From assembly GCF_004010195.1 (NCBI RefSeq), contig NC_057755.1, positions 4,808,155 through 4,865,167 on the forward strand: 57,013 bases of DNA, written 5' to 3'. The notes beneath the pieces were generated by a model. The model was not told where the DNA came from and did no database searches. It was given only the letters and a program-made list of their open reading frames with translations. Positions 37,301-49,260 of this stretch are shown piece after piece. A program made the translations under genes and the position numbers. Position 1 is the first letter of the stretch. Each line of letters begins with the position of its first letter. This DNA is from Chiloscyllium plagiosum. Its lineage: Eukaryota.

Positions 37301-38115
37301 GGAGAAAGTGAGGACTGCAGATGCTGGAGACCAGAGTTGAAAAGTGTGGTGCTGGAAAAACACAACAGGCCAGGCAGCATCCGAGGAGCAGGAGAATCGA
37401 CGTTTCTGGCAGCTTTCAGGAGAGACCACTCCCTCCGTGACTCCCTCATCAGGTCCACACCCCCCACCAACACAACCTCCACTCCTGGCTCCTTCCCCTG
37501 CAACCGCAAGAAGTGCAAAACATGTTCCCACGCCTCCCCCCTCACCTCCCTCCAAGGCCCCAGTGGATCCTTCCATATCCATCACAAATTCACCTGCACC
37601 TCCACACACATCATTTACTGTATCCGCTGCACCCGATGTGGTCTCCTCTACATTGGGGAGACAGGCCGTCTAATTGCGGAACGTTTCAGGGGACACCTCT
37701 GGGAAACCCGCACCTACCAACCCAACCGCCCCGTGGCTGAACACTTTAAACTCCCCTCCCACTCTGCCAAGGACATACAGGTCCTATGCCTCCTCCATCG
37801 CCAGACCATGGCAACACGACGCCTGGAGGAAGACCACCTCATCTTCCGCCTAGGAACCCTCCAACCACACGGGATGAATGTAGATTCCTCTAGCTTCCTC
37901 ATTTCCCCTCCTCCACCTTATCTCAGTCCCAATCCCCGGATTTAGCATCATCCTCTTGACCTGCAATCTTCTTCCCGACCTGTCCGCCCCACCCCCTCTC
38001 TGGCCTATCACCCTCACCTCCTTCCACCTATCGTATTCCCAGCGCCCCTCCCCCAAATTCCCTCCCCCCTACCTTTTATCTCAGCCCACTTGGCACACCA
38101 GCCTCATTCCTGAAG
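37301..38115 (+). mobile_element. Penelope-like (Neptune-type) element with open GIY-YIG endonuclease frame, nested in CR1, 14-bp TSD
   Basis: CNRKKCKTC linker zinc finger, IIYCIRCTRCGLLYIGETGR..RF..H and LGTLQPHGMN. TSD gagggaa(a/g)gggcca at 37287-37300 and 38116-38129. Confidence 0.92.
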
Positions 38116-40447
38116 GAGGGAAGGGGCCATATTGGACCTGGTGCTGGAGAACGAGTCAGGACAGGTGGTAGAAGATGCGATGGGAGATTTCTTTGGCAAA
38201 AGTGACCTCAATTCTGTAAGTTTTAGAAAACTCGCAGATAAAGAAGAGAGTGGTCCTAAGGGAAGAATACTAAACTGGGCCAAGGCAAATTATATGAAAA
38301 TTAGGCAGGAGCTGGGAAATGTGCATTGGACACAGCTATTTGAAGGGAAGTCCACATTTGAGATGTGGGAAACTTTCAAAGATAAGTTCGGTAGTGCAGG
38401 ATAGGCATGTCCCATTGAAGGCAAAGGATAGGAAGGGCAAGATTCGTGAACCGTGGATGACAGGAGAAATTGTACGACTATCCAAGAGGAAAAGGGAAGC
38501 GTACATCAGGTCCAGGCAGCTAAGAACAGAACGGGCCCTGGAGGAATATCAGAAGAGTAGGACAAGTCTTAAAAGAGCAATCAAGCAGTCCAAAAGGGGT
38601 CATGAAATAGCTTTAGCGTGCAGAATTAAGGAAAATCCCAAAGCATTTTATTCTTACATAAGAAGCAAGCATGTAACTAGAGAAAGGATTGGTCCACTAA
38701 AGAACAACAAAGGAAGACTGTGTGTCGAACCTGAGAAAATGGGTGAGATTCTGAATGATTACTTTGCATCTCTTTGCATCACTGAGGAGAGGAACATGAT
38801 GAATGTTGAGATTAGAGACGGAATTTTGATTCGTCTGGATCACGTTGACAGGAATAGGGGAGATGTGTTGGGTAGGCTAGAGGTTATTAAGGTGTACAAA
38901 TCCCCAGGATCGCATGGGATCTATCCCAGGTTGCTGAGGGAGGGGAGAGAGGAAATAGCTAGGACATTGCTTAAATATAGGTGGCATCCTTAAATACAGG
39001 TGAGGTTCTGGAGGACTGGAGGGTTTCTCATGATGTCTTCCTGTACAAGAAGGGTAGTAGGGATATTCCGTGTGATGACAGACCAGTGAGCCTGACGTCA
39101 GTGGTGGGAAAGTTGCTGGAGAAGGTACTGAGATATAGGATCTATTTTTATTTCGAAAAGAATGGGCTTATCAGTAATAGGCAACATGGTTTTGTGCGGG
39201 GGAGATCATGCCTTACCAACTTAATAGAGTTCTTGGAGGAAGTGACCAAGTTGATAGATGAAGGAAGGGCTGTTGATGTCTGTAAGGCGTTTGATAAGTT
39301 TCCCCATGGTAGACTAATGGAGAAATTGAAGTCACATGGTGTGCAAGGTGTTATAGCTGAGTGGATCAAGAACTGGTTCAGCTACAGGAGACAGAGAGTA
39401 GTAGTTGAAGGGAGTTTCTTGAAATGGAGAAAGGTGACCAATGGTGTTCCACAGGGGGCAGTATTGGAGCCACTGTTGTTTGTAATATACATAAATGATC
39501 TGGAAAGGGCACTGTTGGTTTGATCAGCAAGTTTGCAGATGACACGAAGATTGGTGGAGGAGCAGAAAGCATAAGGGACTGTGAGAGAATACAGGAGAAT
39601 ATAGATAGACTGCAGAGTTGGACGGAAAAGTGGTAGATGGTTTTCAATCTAGACAAATGTGAGGTGATGCATTCAGGCAAGACTAATCCGAGAGCGAATT
39701 ATACAATGAACGGAAGAGCCTTGGGAAAAGTTGATGGGCAGAGAGATCTGGGAGTGCAGGTCCATTGTACCCTGAAGGTTGCTGCTCAGGTGGATAGAGT
39801 GGTCAAGAAGGCATATAGTATGCTTGCCTTCATTGGACAGGGTATTGAGTATAAGAGCTGGCAAGTCATGTTAAAATTGTACAAAACATTGGTTCGGCTG
39901 CATTTAGAATATAGTGTACAGTTCTGAGCACCACATTACCAAAAGGATGTGGATGCTTTGGAGAGGGTGCAAGGAAGGTTTACGAGGATGTTGCTTGGTA
40001 TAGAAGGTGCTAGCCATGAAGAGAGGTTGAGTAGGTTAGGTTCATTTTCACTAGAAAGAAAGGAGATTGAGGGGGGACCTGATTGAGGTTCACCACATCA
40101 TGAAGGGTATGGACAGGTGGATAGAGACAAGCTTTTTCCCAGGGTGAAGGATTCAATAATGAGTGGTCACGCGATCAAGATGAGAGGTGGAAAGTTTAAG
40201 GGGGATACACTTGGTACAGAGGGTGGTGGCCGTTTGGAACGCGTTGTCACCAGAGATGGTAGGGGCAGGCACTGTGGATTCATTTAAGTTGCGTCTGGAC
40301 AGATGCAGGAGTAGGTGGGGAGCAGAGGGATACAGATGCTTCTGAATTGACCGACAGTTTTAGAGAGTACATTTGGATCGGCTCAGGCATGGAGGGCGGA
40401 AGGGCCTGTTCCTGGGCTGTAAATTTTCTTTGTTCTTTGTTCTTCTT

Positions 40448-42590
40448 TGAAAGCGGAGTGGTCAGCTCTCTTGCTGAGCAGTTCGGTTCAGTCCGGAACT
40501 AGTGAGGAGGTCAGCAGTGAGCTGTGTGGAAACGCTGTCTCTCTTTCTGCCCTTCTAACTTCCAAGTTGTTAACTGATTTTTGAGGGGGGTTGCTAACTG
40601 GGGCTGTTGTGTTTATTCCGAACAGCATAATTAATTCTAGTTTGGCTAGACGGAGTTCAGTAAGGGTTCTTAATTCTGTTCTTTGCGTTTCATTGTGTAA
40701 ACTTTGTGAATAGATTTTTTTTTGTCTGTTTGCAAACCTGGTGGTCAACCTAGCGAGCTTACTCCTTGTAATTGTCACTGCACACTTACTGAAACAAATA
40801 GCAAAGTAATGACCTGGGTTGCCTGCCCAAAAATATCTTGAGAGGTCTACCATAGTCCATAAAAGATTGGAGGTTCTTTGCAGGATTTTAAACAGCAACT
40901 GGTAGGCGCTAGTGTCTTTATTTCGGGTGTTGTGTTGGTTGGGTAGACAATGCTTGGTATAGTAATGGCTCTTTCAGTCGCCAAAAGTTTTCTGGAAGTG
41001 GATGCTGCGACTTTGGAAGTGTTGCAAAAGTTGAATAAAATTACACTGCAGGAATTAGCAGACAAGCTGGAGTTGGGCCTGTCTGCTTCTGTGAGGAATT
41101 GAGAGATAATTACAACAGTAGATCAGCATTTAATCCTGCTGGAGAAAGCATCAGAATCTATTGCAAAGGCAAGAATTCAATTGCAAATGAAGCAGCTTGA
41201 GTTGGCGGCGAGAGATAAGGAAAGGACAGCAGAATTGGGTTACGGTTAAAAGCAGAAGACAGGGTAAAAGAGAGAGCAGCAGAAGAGACAGAAAAAGAGA
41301 AAACGCAGAGAAAGAAAAGGAGAGAGCTCTTGAACTTCAAAAACTGACACTTAAAAAGTAAAATTAGCTTAAAAAGTAGGAGACAAATGTTAAACATAGT
41401 GTTAGCAAGGAATTAGTGCGAACTCATGTGGAAGAGCAGACGGTTAAAATGGCAAGATCAGCAGCTGAAGTAGCTGATGACTATGAGTTGGTCCATAAAA
41501 CTCCATTTGGCTTCCAGATTCAACTTTGGTCTGCGAGGGACAGAAATTGAGACAAAGGGATATGCTCACGTGGAAAAGGGAAGTTAGATCACAGTGAAGA
41601 TCATAAGGATAACTTACTGCAGGCTAAAGAAATGAAACCACTGGGGGAGACAAAGTAGGTACAAAGCTCTAGTGTTTTAATTGAAATATGGTGGGCTACA
41701 CGAAATCACAGATGTAGGGAAGCCAGACAAGCCTGGATGTTTTGTTGGACGAGCAACAAAAAGCACAAGGAAAATTAGACAACTGCCTCAGAGTGTACAA
41801 GCTGATCAGTGGTTGATTAAGGAAGTAGTGCCAGATTTGTTTAAAAAGTATGCATGCCAGAGTAAAGTTTATTCACATAGGTCAGGAGTAGTAGGTAGGG
41901 AGGTTACAACATTAAGGAACACAGGATCATCTCACTCTGGTAATGCTGAAGAATGAGGAGATATGTACTACTGAGGGACTATTGTCAGAAAAGGAACTGG
42001 TAAAAGGAATTCATGGCGAGGCAAATAGTGCTCAATTATGTAAAGAGAGGCTAGAGAGTCCAGAGAAGAGTGGAGAATCTGTGGTTGGAGTACTGGACAC
42101 ACTCTCAGCTCCAGGAAAACAATTTGTCCTTGCTGATTCACCGGCAGGCATGCTGTGTACGAAAGTTGAAAAGCCTGTGGAGACGCAGGCAACTGAAGAG
42201 ATCAAGAACCAGGAATTTGCCAGGAATTTTCCCAGATTGTGTCGTCACAAGATCGCAGCGACACAAGTTGAAGCAAGAGAGATCATAAGGCCCAGAAAAC
42301 GAAGCTGACATGGCTTCATCCAATTGGAAAGTTCATCAGGGAGCCGTGTGGAAACTCTCTCTCTTTTCTGCCCTTCAAGTTCAACCTGCATGCACGTGTT
42401 ACATTTATCCTGGTTTTTAAAGGAAGCTTGCTTATTGGGACTACTCAGAACAGCATAATTACAGTGAGTCTCATTGGACAGGTTGACCTCTCTAGGGGTT
42501 CTTTATTCTCTTCTTTCTGTTTCATTGTGTACTTCTAGAATAATTTTTTTGTCTATTTTAAAACCTGTTAGTCAACCTAGCTCTCTTAAT
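40448..42590 (+). mobile_element. Gmr1-like Gypsy element: rest of 5' LTR, PBS, deleted gag, protease, partial 3' LTR
   Basis: LTR end 'tagtccataaaa' then PBS-like 'ttggaggttctttgcaggat'. ATG 40965 MALSVAKSFL..LQELADKLEL, AAEVADDYELVHK, zinc-knuckle remnant ~41670-41710, protease LRNTGSS and FPDCVVTRSQ. LTR sequence again at 42330-42590. Confidence 0.85.
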
Positions 42591-43228
42591 CTTATCACAA
42601 TTATCAGACATTTCTAACCAGGACACATCTGTCATGATGGAAGTATGGTGCCGCATTTCCAAAGATGCTCGGAATGGAATCGTTGATCAGAGACAAAGGG
42701 ACTCAAGTGGCTATCTGTGTGAGATTTCTGCTCACGGAAAATCTCTCCTGTTAGTTTGTTGCTGTAAAGGGCAACAATGAAGAAGCATTTACATCTCAGT
42801 ATGGTATAGAATAGCTTTATTGCAAACAGTGGCGCATTGTTATATTTTTTGAAAATATTTGAAAAGTGGTCCTGTACATTTTAAAGTCACTTTTTTTTTT
42901 GACTTCCTACTAAGAAAGATTGTAATGTTTAACTCTTAACTTTGTTTCTTTACTGCTCATTATTTACCCAATGTTTTGTACCCAAGTACCTTGGTACTTG
43001 TTGGAAATAGGGAAAATGCACAATTTTCACAGCGCTCATGTACTGAGTACATGTAACAATAAAATTTAATTCTACTTCTGGGGAAATTAGTGGCATTTCA
43101 GTCATCAACACAGATTCTGTTGAGCTCCCAGGAAAGTGGTTTATTTGCTGCTTGTTTAGATTAGTATGATGAACGTGATTGAAACAGATTTAGGGGCTCA
43201 CAGGACGTTCAGCTTCCAAATAAAATGA

Positions 43229-43434
43229 TGTTAAAAATCACACAACCCCAGGTTATAGTCCAACAGGTTTAATTGGAAGCACTAGCTTTCGGAGCGACGC
43301 TCCTTCATCAGGTGATTGTCGGAGCATCACTCAGAAAGCTAGTGTGCTTCCAATTAAACCTGTTGGACTATAACCTGGGGTTGTTTGATTTTTAACTTTG
43401 CACACCCCAGTCCAACACCGGCATCTCCAAATCA
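43229..43434. mobile_element. Short hairpin (fold-back) element, probably Penelope-derived, 12-bp TSD
   Basis: ~70-bp inverted arms plus a ~35-bp tail. TSD caaataaaatga at 43217-43228 and 43435-43446. Confidence 0.85.
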
Positions 43435-43525
43435 CAAATAAAATGAGGTTGTCGTGACAATGTTATTGTATTTCGGTGGACAGAATCATTGTCTCTACAG
43501 GAACAAAGGACCTGCATGGAACAGG

Positions 43526-43971
43526 ATGAAATATTTAGCAATCTTACAAATAGCACGGATTTACTACCCAATACTCATTGGAGAAAAGAAGGTTTAGGGG
43601 TGACTTGATAGAGGTGTACAAGATGATTAGGGGTTTAGATAGGGTCGACAGTGAGAATCTTTTTCCATGTATGGAGTCAGCTATTACAAGGGGGCATAGC
43701 TTTAAATTAAGGGGGGGGTAGGTATAGGACAGATGTTACGGGTCGGCTCTTTACTCAGCGAGTCGTGAGTTCATGGAATGCCCTGCCAGTAGCAGTGGTG
43801 GACTCTCCATCATTATGGGTATTTAAGCGGGCATTGGATAGGCATATGGAGGATAGTGGGCTAGTGTAGGTTAGGTGGGCTTGGATCGGCGCAACATCGA
43901 GGGCCGAAGGGCCTGTACTGCGCTGTATTCTTCTATGTTCTATGTTCTACTCGGAACTGTTGACATCATTG
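43526..43971 (+). pseudogene. Disrupted copy of GPCR exon 1 (gene-1 type): MKYLAILQIARIYYPIL-[LINE]-GTVDII
   Basis: Homologous to 3935-4004 and 45983-46052. CR1 inserted at 43577-43947, and the donor has changed from GT to GG (attgggaagt). Confidence 0.85.
43577..43947 (+). mobile_element. Young 5'-truncated CR1 with (TTCTATG)n tail
   Basis: SLEKRRFRGDLIEVYKMI..FTQRVVSSWNALP, flanked by 'tactc' on both sides. Confidence 0.9.
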
Positions 43972-45685
43972 GGAAGTGTTCAAATCCAGTTATATTTGTG
44001 GTACAACGTATTTATCTCTACTCCCTCTTTTTTTTTCATGAAATGTGACACACCTTTCCCGCTTTTGGTGATTTCTAAGTCGCACATTCCTTGTGGTGTC
44101 ACTAACGGTGTTATCTTACATCTGCTGAATCAGCTTTATGTACGAACGTTAGCCCATTCGGCGGAGGCTGAGTCAGCATTTATTGACCATTCCCGAGTTA
44201 CACTTGAGAATGTGGCGGTGAGCTGCCTTCTCGACAATTGTTGGAAGAGCGCCTACATAGAATCACGCCGCACAGAAACTGATCGTGACGTCCAACGTGT
44301 TCATGCCGACCAGGTTTCCTAAGCTGAACTGCTCCCACTTGCCCGACTATGGCCCATATCCTGCTAAAGTTTTCGTCTACAAGGAACTACCCAGATATCT
44401 TTTAATTTATCCAGCAAAGCTGAAGGAATGGCAGCATGTTTCCAAGATAGGAAGGCAAATGGTTTGAAGTGAACTTGCAAGTGTTGCCATTCCCATACAT
44501 CTACTGCATCGAGACAGTTGTGGCTGTGAGGTTGAGAGGGAGCACTCTGAGGAGCCTTGGCCAGCTTCTGCAATTCACCTTGTGGATGGTACCCAGTGCT
44601 TTTACTGAGCGACAGTGGAGAGTCAGACTGAAGCTTTCTGACTGTGATGGCAATCGAGTGGCCTGGTATGTTCCGAAAAAGAAAGACAAATTACTGCCGA
44701 TGCAGGGTATCTCAAATAAACAAAGGAAATGTCAGATAAACCCGACAGAGTTTGCAGGTTCTGTGTGCAGAGAAACAAAAGCGAAGAGCTAGAGTCTGCC
44801 TTGACTCTTCTTCAGAATTGTTGCATGACCCTCGATAGTATCAAGTCCCTACAATATTATTGGAGCTGGACCCATCCGGGAAAGTGTGGAGTATTTCATC
44901 ACACTCTTGACTTGTGCCTTATGAATGTTGGATAGGTTTTGGGGAGTCAGGAAGTGAGTTTGTTTTTGCAGATTTACTAGCCTCTGACATAATGTTGCGG
45001 AGACAATCCTGATATGGCTAATCCAGCGCAGTTTTGGATCAAAGGCAATCTTCAGGATGTTGATAATGGTGGTTTACGTGATGGTAATGTCACTGAATAC
45101 CAAAAGGTGACGGTTAGAATCTCCTTTGCTGGAGATGTGATTGCCTGACATTAGGGTAGATCAAATGTTTTTCCTACTTGACCAGAGAATATGAGACTGC
45201 AAAGTAGTTAAACAATTTGGCACAACGAATCCTCTACTCCATTCGATTATAGCTGATAAGTTTCTTTACCCCATTCTTATGCCTCCTCTTGTCACCTTCG
45301 AAATTATCACTGCCTTAATTACACTCAGTGAAGGTCTCTACGGCCTTTCTATGGCAATGAGTTCCACAGCTTCACCATCTTCTGGCTGAAGACATTACTC
45401 ACATGTCAGCTCTAAAGAGTCGTCCCTTCACCGAAGGCTGTGTCCTCGGGTCCCAGTTTCTCCTCCGAGAAACGTCTTCTCCACGTGCTCTCAATCCGTG
45501 TCTCAGTGCTCTGTAGGTTCCAGACTCCCCCTCATTCGTCCAAACCCCATCGAGTACAGATACACAGTCCTCAACTGATTCTGTTGAGCTCCCAGGAAAG
45601 TGGTTTATTTGTTTAGATTAGTATGATGAACGTGATTGAAACAGATTTAGGGGCTCACGGGACGTTCAGCTTCCAAATAAAATGA

Positions 45686-45891
45686 AGTTAAAAATCACAC
45701 AACACCAGGTTATAGTCCAACAGGTTTAATTGGAAGCACTAGCTTTCGGAGCGACGCTCCTTCATCAGGTGATTGTCGGAGCATCACTCAGAAAACTAGT
45801 GTGCTTCCAATTAAACCTGTTGGACTATAACCTGGTGTTGTGTGATTTTTAACTTTGCACACCCCAGTCCAACACCAGCATCTCCGAATCA
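45686..45891. mobile_element. Duplicate of the hairpin element
   Basis: Near-identical to 43229-43434 with the same TSD (45674-45685, 45892-45903). Confidence 0.85.
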
Positions 45892-45982
45892 CAAATAAAA
45901 TGAGGTTGTCTTGACAATGTTATTGTATTTCGGTGGACAGAATCATTGTCTCTACAGGAACAAAGGACCTGCGTGGAACAGG

Positions 45983-46052
45983 ATGAAATATTTAGCAATC
46001 TTACAAACAGCACGGATTTACTGCCCAATACTCGGAACTGATGACATCATTG
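45983..46052 (+). CDS. Orphan GPCR exon 1 copy (MKYLAILQTARIYCPILGTDDII); exon 2 not seen in window, may be a pseudogene
   Basis: Same length and phase as 3935-4004, intact G|GTAAGT donor. Two Asp residues in TM1 suggest decay. Confidence 0.6.
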
Positions 46053-46999
46053 GTAAGTGTTCAAATCCAGTTATATTTGTGGTACAACGTATTTATCTCT
46101 ACTCCCTCTTTTTTTTCATGAAATGTGACGCACTTTTCCCGCTTTTGGTGATTTCCAAGTCGCACATTCCTTGTGGTGTCACTAACGGTGTTATCTTACA
46201 TCTGCTGAATCAGCTTTATGTACGAGCGTTAGCCAATACAGAGCAGGCTGAGTCAGCATTTATTGACCATTCCCGAGTTACACTTGAGAATGTGGCGGTG
46301 AGCTGCCTTCTCGAGCTAATGCAGGACAATTGTTGGAAGAGCGCCCACATAGAATCATGCAGCAAAATAACCTCAAACTACAACCGTCAGATTGGTACAA
46401 CCATGTTCTGCTCGTTTAATTATTGATGCCACTTGATCTGCCCGTTGTGAGCGTGAACAAATATTTCCTCACTATGATGCCTGTGATTAGTTAATATGTA
46501 CTACAATAATCTGACTGTTACAATCTCATCCGGTAGAGTTGCATTGCCTCCCCAGTAAATTGGCAGCAACTTTCAGATCTCCTGTATTGGTGCTATTGGA
46601 TCCAACCGGTGGATCATACCAATCCCACCTGCTCAAGGGATGTGTCATGACATCTCTGAAGAGGTTGATTCGGAAAATATATGGATGCTTTTAAGTACCT
46701 GGCGCTGTTTATAAAGGCAAGTCAGATCATATGTGGTTTTGCAGCACAGATTCAGATTATTCTCCCAAATATTGTTTTGAATGGCATTCGGTTAAATCTG
46801 CTTTTCCTTTCCTGGAATGCAGATAAAGTTCATTTTTTTTTGTAATTTAACATCATCATATTGTCAAATGAATATTTTGTGAACATGTGGACCGACGAGC
46901 TAACAGATTTCGTGAGGAGGATCTTTGTTTTCCATTAATTCTGCCATTTCAGCACTTTTCTACACTCTGAGTTTCCTTCTACAGAACACTTCCTGGAAT

Positions 47000-47345
47000 C
47001 ATAGAAAACTCACAGTGTGGAAGCAGGCCACCGAGCCCATCGAGTTCGTACCATCATTCCATAAAACATACAATTCACTCTCCACTCCACTCTCCACTCT
47101 CCGCGCAACGTTGCACTCCCTATGGCTAACCTATATAACCTGCACATCCCTGGACAACGTGGACAATTTAGCATGGCCAATGCACTCTAACCTGCACATC
47201 CTTGAACTGTGGAAGGAAACAGGAGCACCTGGAGGAAACCCATGTAGACATGACAAGAATGTGCAAAGACCACACAGTCGCCCGAGGTTGTTATTAAAAC
47301 AGGCTCGCTGGCACTGTGAGGCATCAGTGCTCACCCCTGCGCCAC
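47000..47345 (-). mobile_element. HE1-like V-SINE, diverged
   Basis: Similar to 15255-15560. Confidence 0.8.
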
Positions 47346-47399
47346 AATCCCACCCTCAGGCAGTTGCTCAGTTTCTGGACATCTTTGTCCATTTTTCAA

Positions 47400-48000
47400 A
47401 GAAGAAAGAACAAAGAACCGAACCGCACAGGAACAGGCCTTTCGGCCCTCCATGTCTGCGCTGATCCTGATCCTGTACCTAAACCTGCTGCCGATTTTCT
47501 ATAGATGTGTATCCCTTTGCTCTTTGCCTAATCTTGTAATTGCTGAGATAATTTTAAAATGACGCTATAGTTCCCATTCCTAAAACTTCCGCTGGCAATG
47601 CATTCGAGGCACTCACCACCTTCTGCATGAAGAAAGTTCCATGTATATCTCCGTGAAGTATTTCCTCTCTCACTTTGAACATGAGACCCTGAGTAATTGT
47701 GTCCTCTACCCTGGGAAAATGTTGCATGCTATCCAAACTATCGACATCTCGCATGATTTCGTAGAACTCCATCAGGTTCCCCCCTCAACTTCCTTCTTCC
47801 CAGTGAAAATCCTCCTAATGTACTCAACTTCTCCTCACGTCTGCACCGTGCCCAAAGCATCCAAAACCTTTTGGTAATGTGGTTACCAGAACTGTACCCA
47901 GTATTCCAAATATCGCCGAACTAAAGTATTTTACAACAGAAACATGACCTGCCAAATCTTGCACTCAATATCCCATCCAAATGAAAAAAAAAGCATGCTA
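47400..48000 (-). mobile_element. CR1 3' fragment
   Basis: EFYEIMR..FFMQKVVSASNALP and an aagaacaaagaac tail. Confidence 0.8.
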
Positions 48001-48524
48001 TTCACCAACAAGTCCGCCATAAATCAAAGCTCTCCAATTCTGATTGCGGTTCTGAATGCCTTAACTTGGAGTTCTACACTCAGCGGTTTGCAGGCAGATT
48101 CCTTTTTACAATTCAAAGATCAAACATGGCTGCATGTGAATTTTGATGAATCAAGTATTCCAAAAACAAATGTTTTTTTTCCTGATTCCTTTGAAGTCCT
48201 TCCTCCCATATGTTTTTCCATTCAAAAGTGTGAATTCGCACATTTCCATTATCTTTACAAACCCATGATAATTTAAGAGTCTTGAAAGATATAAGAGCAT
48301 ACTATATCGAAGCAGAAATCGGCAATCCTCAAGCCAGCTGGCTGCTTTATGAAATCAGGGCTGATCTGTTGCAAGTTTTTTTTTTGTGCTGGCTCCATAT
48401 TACTTAACTGTATGATATTTCAAAAATCTAACTATCTCCTCAAATACTTTCAGTGATCTAACTTCCAGAAATTTCTGGGCGTAGAGCTCCAGGCAGTCAC
48501 TTATCTTGAGGAGAAATTCACTAG

Positions 48525-49260
48525 AAGCGTGTTCAGTAAGTTTGAGAGTCGCACCAAAATCGGTGGTGTTGTAGACATTGAAGAAGGCTTTCTATATTAC
48601 AAGAGGACCTTGAACAATTGGGCCAATAGGCCGGCGAGTGAAAGATTGAAGTTAGCTCAGATAAATGTGAAGTGTTGCATTTTGGTAAAACGAACAAGGA
48701 CAGGATTTATATACTGAATGGAGCTTTCTTAGGACTTAATGTCAAACAGAGAGACCTCAGGGTTCAGGCGCACAGTCAATTGAAAGGTTTGTCGTAGGTA
48801 GACAGGTTGGGAAAAGAGGTATTTGGCTTTCTTGCTTTCATCGCTCTGACCAATTTATGTCGGAGTTGGAATGGCATGTTGCATTTGTACAGGATTTTGG
48901 TGAGGCTACTTTTGGAGTATTGTGTAAAGTCATGAGGGGGACAGATAAGATGAATAGCCAAGCTACTTTTATTAGGGTCGGGGAGTCCAGAATTAGAGAT
49001 CCTAATTTGAAGGTGAAACGAGAAACCTTTCGAAGAGACCTGAGGGGCAAAGTACTGAGACAGAAGGTGCTTCGTATGTGTAGTGAACTGCAACAGGAAG
49101 TGTTGGATACAGGTGCAGTTAGATTTAGAAGATATTTGCACAGGTGAAGGAATAGAGCAGCTTTAGTGGGGTATGGGTATTACGGAGGCAAATGGGACCA
49201 AATTAGTTTGGTGAAACTGGTTGGCAGGGTCAGATTGGACTGAAGTGTGTTTCCGTGATT
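48525..49260 (+). mobile_element. Decayed CR1 RT 3' fragment
   Basis: TKIGGVVD, KCEVLHFG-like and LYRILVRLLLEYC remnants. Confidence 0.75.

Larger units (their letters stand above)
35318..40447 (+). mobile_element. Near full-length decayed CR1 LINE (5' UTR, ORF1, ORF2, (TTCTTTG)n tail)
   Basis: ORF1 35675-36614. APE endonuclease (ITETW, GGGVALL, YYRPP, VLGDFNFP). RT (QHGF, KAFDK, GVPQG, FADDTK at ~39532). Tail at 40425-40447. Many stops and frameshifts. Confidence 0.95.

Noticed and set aside
45911..46426. 171-aa ORF (and the 126-aa ORF at 43942-44322)
   Set aside because: Read-through of exon 1 into intron sequence; their mutual similarity is explained by the recent duplication.
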